The notes under the pieces were generated by a model that was not told the origin of the DNA, made no database searches, and worked only from the letters and a program-made list of their open reading frames with translations. A DNA stretch of 64,000 bases from an uncultured delta proteobacterium (GTDB lineage: Bacteria; Desulfobacterota; Binatia; Binatales; Binataceae): positions 3,008,001 to 3,072,000 of the forward strand of contig CAWJET010000001.1 in NCBI GenBank assembly GCA_963842085.1, in the 5' to 3' direction. The position numbers and the translations under genes are program-made. Shown piece after piece: positions 7,732 to 16,219 of the stretch (positions within the stretch are counted from its first letter, which is position 1; each line of letters starts with the position of its first letter).

Positions 7732-10464
7732 TCATCGCCGCATCCCATAGCTGTGCCCACGAGCGCGGTGCGGTTGGTCGTGAACCAGCGCTAGCTCGTG
7801 TCGAGCCGTTAGAGGCAGTCGCTCCAACGCGACCGACTTTTCGAGATTGCGCCCTGCGGCAAGATCGAGCCGCGCGCGATCGTCAGTGTAAAGGGTCACG
7901 TTGTGCCGCGCGCGGCTGATCGAGACATAGAACTGCTTGCGGTTAACGAGTTCTGCCGAGCGGAGCGTATCGATATTGGCGATCACACGATCAACCGTGG
8001 CGCCCTGGCTTGAGTGGGAGGTCGAGGCGTAGCCGTAGTCGAGGTGCTTCAGACGTTCGATTGCCGCGCTGATCTCGCGCCCGTTGTCGATGCGCAGCCG
8101 CGCTCTTTGATCGTCGATGGCAATGATTGTCGCAAACTCCCCGTTGGCAACACCGAGCGCAGGATCCGGCGCGCGGAATTGAATCCGATCGCCGGCGCCG
8201 ACCAGGCGTCCCTCCTGATGGAAGACTTCGACCCCGGACAGGCGCGAGGGATCGTAACTGATGGCCTTCACTCTTTCATCCCGCACTATGATTCGGTTCC
8301 GTTCCGGATCGATTGCTTCGATCCGGGCGTAACTTCCGCGGTCGATACCGAGCCGCGAACTCCCACGTCGGAAACGGAGCACATCGCCAACCTCGTAACT
8401 CTGCGCTCGTTTGCGCTGAGGCAGGGTCAGATCGCGATTGACGAGCACGATCTGTTCTCGTCCGTCGGAGCTGATGTGCCCGCGTTCCTTGAGGGCCGCG
8501 CGAATTGCGGCGTTCAGCTGTCGGCGCTCGTCGTTGGCCGGGCTGACGACGAGAACCTTTTCACCTGCTTCGTGCGCAGCAAGGTATTCGCGTGCAATCG
8601 CTGCGTTGCGCTCATTCGCATCTACGATCTCGCGTATGCGGCTCTGCCGCTCGAGGAGTGCGATTGCCTGTCCGACCTCTCCACGTGAGGCGAACGTGAC
8701 TGCTTCCCGCAGTCCGGAATCAAGTTGGCGACGGATAGTGTCCAATCGCGCGACGGTCATGCCCGCTTGCTGCATCTGTTGGATGGGTCGGCCGGCCTCG
8801 ATGGCGTGGTGCTGGCGCTGGTCGCCGACGAAGACGACCCGACCGGCCCCGGCCTCTCGCGCCTTGTGCAGCAGGGCATTCATCTGGCGAGTGCCGAGCA
8901 GGCTCGACTCGTCTACGATCCACAGTTCATTTCGCGCGCGGCCGGGTAGCGGGCTGGCGAGCAGACTCGCCACAGTCCGGGATTCGATTCCGGCTTCGGA
9001 GAGCGCTTTCACGGCGCGCGTGGTAGGAGCGAAGCCCCGTACAGTGTAACCAGTGCTTTGAGCGAACTCGTTGAGCGCTCCGACCGTGGTGGTCTTCGCT
9101 GCGCCTGCGCGCCCTTCGATCGAGGTAAGCCAATCGGTAGCAGTCAGCGTCAGCGCTGCGGCCGTTGCCTGCTCGGCGGATAGCGAGCGCGCGGCTGCCC
9201 AACTGCGCGCGTCTTGTTCACTGGCGATTGCTTGGGAGTTCCCTCTGCCGACGCGCATGAGTTCGAGATTCTCGCGCTCCAACGCCACCATCTCCGGGGT
9301 GGTGTAGACGACCCCCGGAAACGAAGGGGAGACAGCGAGGGCGATTAGATCGCCGCGTGATTCCCGAACGCCGGTCTCGCGCCGCACGCTCTCGAGATCG
9401 GCGATTCCCATCGCGTACTGAAGAGCGGTGCGTTCCAGAGCGCGCCGGTCGGTAACGGCTTCGCGTTCGGTGTTGTGAGCTACGCTGAATCTGACCGCTT
9501 CCTCTGTCGCGGCCGGAGAAATTGCCTGCGAGGGGCCGCGTGCGAGCGCGCGTTCCGAAATCTCGGCGAGAGCAATTCGATTGTCATGAGCGCGCGCCTT
9601 CCATTCCGCGCGCAGCTCGTTTTCGTCGCGCTTTTCTTTGGCAAGCCGGCTCTGATGGGCGGCGATCTGGGCCGCCGCGGCTCCGGTCGAGTTTTGGCGG
9701 TTCAGAAGTGCTTCGATGTCCTGGCGTCTGCGCGAGAACGCCATCACCTGTTCGCGAGTGTATCCTTGCAGCTCCCAGCGTCCGTCGGCCGCGGTCACGC
9801 TGATTCGATACCCAAACGCTTGGACCTCGCGGCCAAGTTCCGAGCGGTAAACCGCGGTAGCGAAGCTCTGGCTCCGATAGATCTCGACCGGGTCGAGACT
9901 CCGCCACATGCCGTCCGGCCGAAGGGTCATGTTCGCGATCACGACGTGGGTGTGGAGGTGAGGGTCGGGGCCGTAGCCGTCCTGGGTCCCGGTCTCCGAT
10001 GGTCGCGCGGCGATGTGTTCGAAGCGGGCCGCAACGAAGTTACCGGTGGTAACCCACTCCTGTCCGCGGTGGCGGCGCGCCTGGGCGAACTTTTCAAGTT
10101 CCAAGAGGGCGCGCTCGACCGCATGCCGATGCGCCGCTAGTAGCCGCGAATCGTCACCAACCAGCGCTTGGATGCTGACTGACTTGGGCGCGTTGAAGGT
10201 CGCGTCCCAGCCTGCGCGGCGCTCATCGCGGCCGACGGCGGCGCTGACGAGCACTTCGCCGCTACCGGGTCTCGTTCCGCGCAAGATCGCTCGAAAGTCT
10301 TCCTCGCTGACTGCGCCGCTCAGCCCGAGGGTCTCGGACGCTTTCCCATACCACTCGCCGGTGACGCGGTGGGACTCGGTATAATAGTCGTCCTCGGAGT
10401 ACTTCTCCTGATAGTAGGTCTCGGCCTGGCATACACTGAGCGCGCCTTTCGACATTACCAGCAT
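7732..10464 (-). CDS. trwC: MOBF (TrwC-type) relaxase-helicase
   Basis: YY...DDYY, GWDATFNAPKSVS, DPHLHTH HUH motif, helicase GRAGAAKTT, VDESS, GDQRQH, YASTSHSSQGATVD. Confidence 0.93.
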   Translation of the reverse strand: MLVMSKGALSVCQAETYYQEKYSEDDYYTESHRVTGEWYGKASETLGLSGAVSEEDFRAILRGTRPGSGEVLVSAAVGRDERRAGWDATFNAPKSVSIQALVGDDSRLLAAHRHAVERALLELEKFAQARRHRGQEWVTTGNFVAARFEHIAARPSETGTQDGYGPDPHLHTHVVIANMTLRPDGMWRSLDPVEIYRSQSFATAVYRSELGREVQAFGYRISVTAADGRWELQGYTREQVMAFSRRRQDIEALLNRQNSTGAAAAQIAAHQSRLAKEKRDENELRAEWKARAHDNRIALAEISERALARGPSQAISPAATEEAVRFSVAHNTEREAVTDRRALERTALQYAMGIADLESVRRETGVRESRGDLIALAVSPSFPGVVYTTPEMVALERENLELMRVGRGNSQAIASEQDARSWAAARSLSAEQATAAALTLTATDWLTSIEGRAGAAKTTTVGALNEFAQSTGYTVRGFAPTTRAVKALSEAGIESRTVASLLASPLPGRARNELWIVDESSLLGTRQMNALLHKAREAGAGRVVFVGDQRQHHAIEAGRPIQQMQQAGMTVARLDTIRRQLDSGLREAVTFASRGEVGQAIALLERQSRIREIVDANERNAAIAREYLAAHEAGEKVLVVSPANDERRQLNAAIRAALKERGHISSDGREQIVLVNRDLTLPQRKRAQSYEVGDVLRFRRGSSRLGIDRGSYARIEAIDPERNRIIVRDERVKAISYDPSRLSGVEVFHQEGRLVGAGDRIQFRAPDPALGVANGEFATIIAIDDQRARLRIDNGREISAAIERLKHLDYGYASTSHSSQGATVDRVIANIDTLRSAELVNRKQFYVSISRARHNVTLYTDDRARLDLAAGRNLEKSVALERLPLTARHELALVHDQPHRARGHSYGMRR

Positions 10465-10467
10465 GGC

Positions 10468-12261
10468 TCAGATCCGTTTCCTTCGTTTGCTCGCGGCTGC
10501 GGGATACAGCGGGATCGCCTGCGCCCGTCGCGGTGGCTTCACCGGCGCAGGCAGATTGACGCGCGGGATGAAACCTTCCTGTCGGACTTGGGGCGCGAGA
10601 TAGTCGAAGCGCACGAATGAGCGGTGATGACCGGTGATGCAGAGGTAGCCCGACAGCGGCTGGAGCAGCTGCATCTGGGCAGGCATCACCGCCGGTTCCG
10701 TCGTTCGCTCTTCGCGAATACCGAACGAGTATCGCTCTCCGTGACTCGCGTTAGCGCTCAGATGGCCGCGCTCAACTTCGCGCTCGCCGATCTGCGCGCT
10801 GCACCATTGGGCTGTCTCAGGCTCTCCGGTTCTCAGAATCAGCTTGGTGGCGGGCGAGGCGACCAGCGTGGCGGCCTGATTCGCGCCGTAAATGGTTCGC
10901 AGTTGCGTGATGGCCTGAAAGCCGAGCACGACCGCCAAGCCGCGCTTGCGCCCGCGGACGACCAGATCCTCGAGCTTCGCCTGGCGTCTCAGCACCGCAA
11001 GCTCGTCGGCCACGATCCAGATTTGCTCACGTCTGCGTGGACCAAGTTCGCTGCTCATCAGGCGGTGGATGATGCAGTCGAGCCAGACGCTTTGCAACTG
11101 CAGAGCGGCGTCCTTTGATTCTTCCGACGAGGTCAGGAACAGCCAGCCCTGGCGCTCCGCTGACCACTCCAGTGCGCTCCATCTTCGCGACGCCTGGACG
11201 GGCAGGTACTGGAACGGCTTCGTCGCGTTTGCGGCGGTGGCGACAATGCCGGCACCCTGCTCGTGCGCTCCGGGATCGATGAGCGCTTCGGCTGGCGTCC
11301 CTGCCAGCGCCTGTCTGAGTTCGGCTCGCGGCAGGGTCAGCAGGCGCGGAATCGAGGCCGCTTCCTTCGGCTCGGCGATCCGGAAGATGCTTGTCAGCAG
11401 CGTCCGGCTGCTCTGACGGAAGAAGAAGCTCGCCCCGCCCTCGTGGTAAGCGTCGGGTGGATCAGGGAGCAGCGAGGCGGCTAACGCCTCGCAGTCTGCT
11501 TCGTGACTTTCATCGCGGAGCTCATACCATGGCGACCAGCGCGGACAGCGGGCGTCGAGCGGATTCAGGATGAAGTCGCCGCGACCGGGCTGATAGAACT
11601 CCGAGACGAACTCGCACTCCGGGTCTACGACGACCGCGGTGTCTCCTCGCTCCTTGATCTGTCGGAGCAGCGAACGTATAGCGACCGACTTGCCGGAGCC
11701 GGTCGAGCCAGTGATGAGAAAGTGCTGGCACCCCAACGCTCGCGGTATCCTAACGCCGGCCACCCGAATGCCTGCGCGACTGCCCAGCTTGCGGGCGAGT
11801 TTGCGCGCCGAAACCAGCGTGATGCCCCGCACATGTCTGGTCTCCGGCGGAGCTTCGAATGTCTGAAGGACCGCCAGCAGACCCGCCTCGATCAGACCGG
11901 TGAGTACCGCGCCCCAGGGCGCGTAATGCCAATACCATGAAGCGAACGAGCCGCCGAGGTAATACTTGTAATTGAGAAAGGCGTACATGCTGCTGATGGT
12001 GTAGCGCCCGCCGCGATAGGGGAGCGACGCGAAGGTCAGCGGAATTTCCTGGGTCAGGAGCCACGCCAGAAACCAGCGGATGAAATAGCGGTGCGCGGCG
12101 GGACCGCCATAATGGCCGGTCCAGTGCCAGACCAAGCACACGGTCATCTCGACCCAGATCACCGCAGTCAGGAGGAGGTAACGGAGCGCCTCTCTGAGTC
12201 TGAACTCCAGCGAAGCACGGAGAGTGTGTTCGTGAATTGCCTGACGAATCGCGGGAGTCAT
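10468..12261 (-). CDS. trwB: Type IV coupling protein (TrwB/TraD-like)
   Basis: Two N-terminal TM segments, GSTGSGKS Walker A, LNPLDARCPRWSPW, ADEL Walker B, GRKRG. Confidence 0.9.
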   Translation of the reverse strand: MTPAIRQAIHEHTLRASLEFRLREALRYLLLTAVIWVEMTVCLVWHWTGHYGGPAAHRYFIRWFLAWLLTQEIPLTFASLPYRGGRYTISSMYAFLNYKYYLGGSFASWYWHYAPWGAVLTGLIEAGLLAVLQTFEAPPETRHVRGITLVSARKLARKLGSRAGIRVAGVRIPRALGCQHFLITGSTGSGKSVAIRSLLRQIKERGDTAVVVDPECEFVSEFYQPGRGDFILNPLDARCPRWSPWYELRDESHEADCEALAASLLPDPPDAYHEGGASFFFRQSSRTLLTSIFRIAEPKEAASIPRLLTLPRAELRQALAGTPAEALIDPGAHEQGAGIVATAANATKPFQYLPVQASRRWSALEWSAERQGWLFLTSSEESKDAALQLQSVWLDCIIHRLMSSELGPRRREQIWIVADELAVLRRQAKLEDLVVRGRKRGLAVVLGFQAITQLRTIYGANQAATLVASPATKLILRTGEPETAQWCSAQIGEREVERGHLSANASHGERYSFGIREERTTEPAVMPAQMQLLQPLSGYLCITGHHRSFVRFDYLAPQVRQEGFIPRVNLPAPVKPPRRAQAIPLYPAAASKRRKRI

Positions 12262-12602
12262 GATTGGATCTCCTTGCTCTTGAGCACCTGCCCAACGTGT
12301 TCCTTGGCGGTCTGCTCGGCGGCGTCGATGATCTCGTCGACCACGTCGGCTCCGAGCGTGTGGTCAAGCGAATGCAGGATGACGGAGCGGGTCTTGGAGA
12401 TCTCGAAGATGAGCTGCGCGTACCCATCCACCAGTTCGCCTTGCGGCTGGCGTTCAGTCGTTGCCGGACCGGCGCCGAGGTAGCGCACGACGAGAATCTC
12501 GCGGATGAGATCGCTCTCGGTGACGCTTCGGCGGCGCGCTTCGGCTGCGAGGAGATCGGCAATTTCCTGCGGGACTCGGGTTGAGATCGATCGGGTGCTC
12601 AT
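12258..12602 (-). CDS. Ribbon-helix-helix relaxosome accessory protein (TrwA-like position)
   Basis: STRSISTRVPQEIADLLAAEARRRSVTESDLIRE RHH pattern; first gene of the RHH-T4CP-relaxase operon. Confidence 0.7.
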   Translation of the reverse strand: MSTRSISTRVPQEIADLLAAEARRRSVTESDLIREILVVRYLGAGPATTERQPQGELVDGYAQLIFEISKTRSVILHSLDHTLGADVVDEIIDAAEQTAKEHVGQVLKSKEIQS

Positions 12603-12800
12603 GTCTGCTTCTCCAAAGGGTTCTGTAGACGGGTGTTTACGATGATTTGGCGGAGGCTTGGACGGCTTCGCACGTGTTCCTGCAGACAGCGTCTACGCAA
12701 TGTTTACGGGCACTTGCACAAATCGCGTTCATCCAGGCGATGAGTGACGTGTCAAATGCAGACACGTGCGAAGCACGGCATCGGGGTTTGCATTGAAGGC
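12603..12800. other. Candidate oriT
   Basis: Upstream of the trwABC-like operon; 13-bp inverted pair 12665-12677 / 12762-12774; on the minus strand hairpin CGTGC-TTC-GCACG followed by TGTCT. Confidence 0.4.
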
Positions 12801-12802
12801 AG

Positions 12803-13078
12803 TCACGGTTGTGCCTTGGTGCTGACATCGTTTGAAGGCGGAGTTGGGGCGTGGCGCTGCTGACTGTGAGCGCCAGAGCGCGACCATAACTGGAACTCAC
12901 GGTCAGCTTGCAGGAAGGCACTGAGAATCTCCGGAATCAGCGCCTTCGAATCCACAGGATCGCTATGAACGTGTTCGTAGTAGCGCGCGTAGCTCTCGAG
13001 CGCAGCGTTCAGGTCGCCGGCCAGCGTCACGCGTACCTGTAGGGAACGAAGCGGCTTTGCAATGCGTGCGAGTTTCAT
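12803..13078 (-). CDS. DUF2274-like protein
   Basis: MKLARI...DLNAALESYARYY...LIPEILSAFLQADREF pattern typical of ICE-terminal DUF2274 proteins. Confidence 0.7.
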   Translation of the reverse strand: MKLARIAKPLRSLQVRVTLAGDLNAALESYARYYEHVHSDPVDSKALIPEILSAFLQADREFQLWSRSGAHSQQRHAPTPPSNDVSTKAQP

Positions 13079-13115
13079 ATCGGACCTCCACCAATGGTCG
13101 CTTGGAATGGACTGC

Positions 13116-13445
13116 TCAGAAGGGCGAGAGGAAAATCAGCAAATGGACAGCTATCAGCGCGGCGCAAGCTGCCAATCCGCCAGCCAATAAGTGGCCTGCT
13201 CGCTGATGGCTGCCGACCGCGTACAGGATCGCAGAGAAGACGAAGTTCAGCGCGATTACGGTGTGAGCCACGGGACCGACCAGAATGTCCTGAAGCGCGC
13301 CAAGCGTCTGGTCCCAAGGCAGGGCGCCGGCGTATTGCGCGGCCGGCGACGGCCCGGCTCGAAGCGCGAAGAGGGCGGCGGTGCAGGCGGCGATGAGCCA
13401 TCGGACGTTCGATTTCGGCGCTTGATTTACTGTGATTGGCATCAC
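13116..13445 (-). CDS. TrbC/VirB2-family pilin
   Basis: Signal peptide then GALPWDQTLGALQDILVGPVAH and two hydrophobic helices. Confidence 0.7.
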   Translation of the reverse strand: MMPITVNQAPKSNVRWLIAACTAALFALRAGPSPAAQYAGALPWDQTLGALQDILVGPVAHTVIALNFVFSAILYAVGSHQRAGHLLAGGLAACAALIAVHLLIFLSPF

Positions 13446-13465
13446 GAACAGTCTGCTTGGTTACA

Positions 13466-13512
13466 GCTACATGACTAACTTGCTATGTAGCGACATTCGA
13501 GGCGAGAGTCAA
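13466..13512 (-). promoter_or_regulatory. Pilin-operon promoter with operators
   Basis: Minus strand TTGACT-17 bp-TACATA; inverted gctacat...atgtagc. Confidence 0.6.
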
Positions 13513-13559
13513 GCGTGGAGATCGGTCTGCGCGAAACGGTCGGGAGTCTTGTTGGCTGG

Positions 13560-14225
13560 CTATTCGGTCAGATAGCCGAGCTGGGAGAGGCGCACGGCGG
13601 CGGCCTCGACCGAGACATCGAACGCGAGGGAAATACGCTGGCAGAGCACTGACGCTTCTGGCGATTCCTTGGCAACCGGCGGACGCTCAGAGCGGTTCTG
13701 GAAGTACGCTGTGACCGTGCGCCGCGCGAAGCTCTCCGGCATCAGCAAGGCACCCGAGGCGTAGCCCGCCTGCCACTCAAACCAGTCGAACACCCGCTCG
13801 GTTGGAAGCAGGCTCTGCCAGTAACAGCGGTGCGGACCGCGGGCAACGCCGTACTTGTCGTACAGCCACGTGTGCAGCATCACGTGGCCATATTCGTGGG
13901 TCAGCGTCGTGCGCAATCGATTGTTACGATGCCGTTGCTCCCACAGTTCCCGCGCGATTTTGACCGTTGGCTTGTGGCCGCGCTCAAACTGGGTGAATCC
14001 AAAGACCTCGTGAACGTCATCGGAAAGATTCGTGGCCAAGTCGAGGTCGGCGGCGTCACGCTCGATCAGCATCGTGACCGCCTCGGTCGGCACCGGGATG
14101 CGCTCAAACCCGAAGTGCTGGCGCAGAAAGGAGGTAATGGTCTCCTCGCACATCTGCTCAAGCTCGCGGATCTCCCAGTGTGGGCGCTCCGGAAAGCGCC
14201 CGGTCCTATCCGGTATCATCTTCAC
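13560..14225 (-). CDS. ImmA/IrrE-family metallo-endopeptidase
   Basis: RLRTTLTHEYGH (HExxH), EWQAGYASGALLMP, FDVSVEAAAVRL. Confidence 0.88.
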   Translation of the reverse strand: MKMIPDRTGRFPERPHWEIRELEQMCEETITSFLRQHFGFERIPVPTEAVTMLIERDAADLDLATNLSDDVHEVFGFTQFERGHKPTVKIARELWEQRHRNNRLRTTLTHEYGHVMLHTWLYDKYGVARGPHRCYWQSLLPTERVFDWFEWQAGYASGALLMPESFARRTVTAYFQNRSERPPVAKESPEASVLCQRISLAFDVSVEAAAVRLSQLGYLTE

Positions 14226-14545
14226 GGCTTCTTCTTGCGCTTTACTTCGCGCCGGAACGCCTTCCAGCCCGCGGCGAGCTCCTGCGCACTGTTGACGGTT
14301 GTCGCGCTGAGGTCGGCTGGAAACCGTCCTGCCAGAAAGTAGAGCACATCGGAATCAACCTTGAGAACCTTGGCCAGTTGTTCAAGGACTTCGTCGGAAG
14401 GCTTGCGGCGGTCGTGTTCCAGGTCGACCAGGAACGGAATCGAGATCGGCTTGCCATCGGAGTTGCGCACCTCCGCCACCACCTCGCGTCCCGCCAACCC
14501 CAACTCCTTGCGCCGCTCAACGATAAACTGCCCGAGTGTCTTCAT
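14222..14545 (-). CDS. XRE-family HTH repressor (ImmR-like)
   Basis: MKTLGQFIVERRKELGL...ISIPFLVDLEHDRRKPSDEVLEQLAKVL; coupled to the ImmA-like gene. Confidence 0.88.
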   Translation of the reverse strand: MKTLGQFIVERRKELGLAGREVVAEVRNSDGKPISIPFLVDLEHDRRKPSDEVLEQLAKVLKVDSDVLYFLAGRFPADLSATTVNSAQELAAGWKAFRREVKRKKKP

Positions 14546-14971
14546 GACTAAGCTATGTAGCATAGAAGCGACGGGTACGTAATCCTCGACCTATGCCAAA
14601 CTCGAAAATCGTGTTGGGAGGGCTTGAGTGAGCTGCTCCTGTCAGTCCGCTAGCTGAACCTTGGCTGTCACAATCAGCCATCGAAAGCCGATATGATTGG
14701 CGCCGGAGTCACTCTCGCCCTTTCCGCGTGAGCCGAACACGACGACTTTTGGCGCGCCGTCGGGGGGCCGAAGTGGCTTAATCCGCAGAAACTTGGCGTC
14801 GCGCGCGTCGAGCTGTCAAGGCCGGACGAAAAGTTGGAGTGCGGCCCTTTATCATAGGTCCTTTCTAAGAGCTGCCGAGGCATATGTCGAAAAGCTGCTG
14901 CTACGTGCCGGCCTCACGGAGCGTGGCTATAGCATCGTTCTGCGCAGCGGGCTGTCCACCCGGAATTGATT

Positions 14972-15811
14972 TTAGCGCCCGACTGGGAAGAGGAACGTTA
15001 CGCTCACGCGGGCAATCCATTGCGGGGCGCCATCGGGACGCCTTAGAAGGTCGTAGGCGCCGACCTGCAGACTCAAACTCTGGGAGCCTATCTTGAATGC
15101 CTTACCGATGTCCGCGCCCATCGGGACAGTCCACGCATCGGCGGTATCCGCTGTCCAATCGTACGTAATCGACGGTTCGCACTGGACATACCAGCCGCTT
15201 TCGAAGTTATAGCTGACATCGGGCTCGATGAAAGTCTGATTCACACTGCCGCGCTCGCGATTCCCCGCAAACGACATGAGCTGGTACGCCAGGACGCCGT
15301 TGAACCACGGCCCCTCCGAGTAGATGAGCGCGGCGGTTGGTCCGGCCGACCAGAGGCCGGTGCCCAATTCCGAGCTGCTGGCAGTGGGGAATTGAAATAT
15401 CGGACCCACGCCCCAGATCCAAGTGCTCGCGTTAGCGGGCGTCAAAAAAAAAGAAGTCTGCAAGTCTTGCAGCCCGGATTGTTCCTGGGGAGTGGGCGAG
15501 TATGTGATGGTCAAGCTCGGTTGTGCGATTAGGTCCCAATCCGAGTTCAGCGAGAACGGCACTACCGGTTCGATGTTCACACTATCTCCGACCTTATGAT
15601 CGCGACCCAGTTGAAATCCGGTCGTCGACTGAATCGGAACTTTGACGAAATCCGCAAACGGGTTATGAACGCTCTTCGCGAGCTCCTGATTGCTAAGGAT
15701 GACAGGCGGCGATTGTGTTGGCGTCGAGGCTTGTTGCGCCCGTGCGGTGACCGCCAGAATAGCGCTCAGCAGCAAACCCAGGAGCGAAGCGGACGACGCG
15801 AGTTGCAGCAA
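14972..15811 (-). CDS. Putative outer-membrane beta-barrel protein ('neuromedin U'-annotated bacterial family)
   Basis: ELAKSVHNPFAD, NIEPVVPF, WIWGVGPIFQFPTA..ELGTGLWSAGP, C-terminal FLFP; start estimated. Confidence 0.6.
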   Translation of the reverse strand: MLQLASSASLLGLLLSAILAVTARAQQASTPTQSPPVILSNQELAKSVHNPFADFVKVPIQSTTGFQLGRDHKVGDSVNIEPVVPFSLNSDWDLIAQPSLTITYSPTPQEQSGLQDLQTSFFLTPANASTWIWGVGPIFQFPTASSSELGTGLWSAGPTAALIYSEGPWFNGVLAYQLMSFAGNRERGSVNQTFIEPDVSYNFESGWYVQCEPSITYDWTADTADAWTVPMGADIGKAFKIGSQSLSLQVGAYDLLRRPDGAPQWIARVSVTFLFPVGR

Positions 15812-15834
15812 GCATCTCCGTGCTGAATTCCAAT

Positions 15835-16204
15835 TCAGGCGCCAGTTCGGGTCTGAAATATGTCCTTGTCTCTTGTTGATATCCAAACCAGAAGTACCGT
15901 CAGGATCGCGTGCAGGACGACCGAGGGCCACAGGAGTATGCCGGTCAAACGGCCCATTAAAGCCGACGTAAGCGAAATACAGCGTCACGACCCCGCTGTA
16001 CGTCAACATGCCGACCAGCGGCGGGCCCGGCCAGCAAGCGATGCTCAATCCGATCAAAGCGATACCCGTAACGCGCGCTACCGGTATCGCAACGCCGGTA
16101 AGTTCCTCACCGAACAGCAGCCGCCCGACGAGCGACGGGACCATTAGCAATGCCATGCCGGTCGCGGCTTCGCCAACAGCGGCAAGAAAAAGCCCGCTCT
16201 TCAT
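15835..16204 (-). pseudogene. Small membrane protein, frameshifted near 15955
   Basis: N-half matches the 30562-31005 paralog; the continuation LTGILLWPSVVLHAIL lies in another frame ending at TGA 15835. Confidence 0.6.
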
Positions 16205-16219
16205 AGCGCCTGACGCCAG

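Noticed and set aside
14972-16204. Novel 410-aa inner-membrane/barrel fusion protein
   Set aside because: Explained by a frameshift, as shown by the intact paralog at 30562-31005
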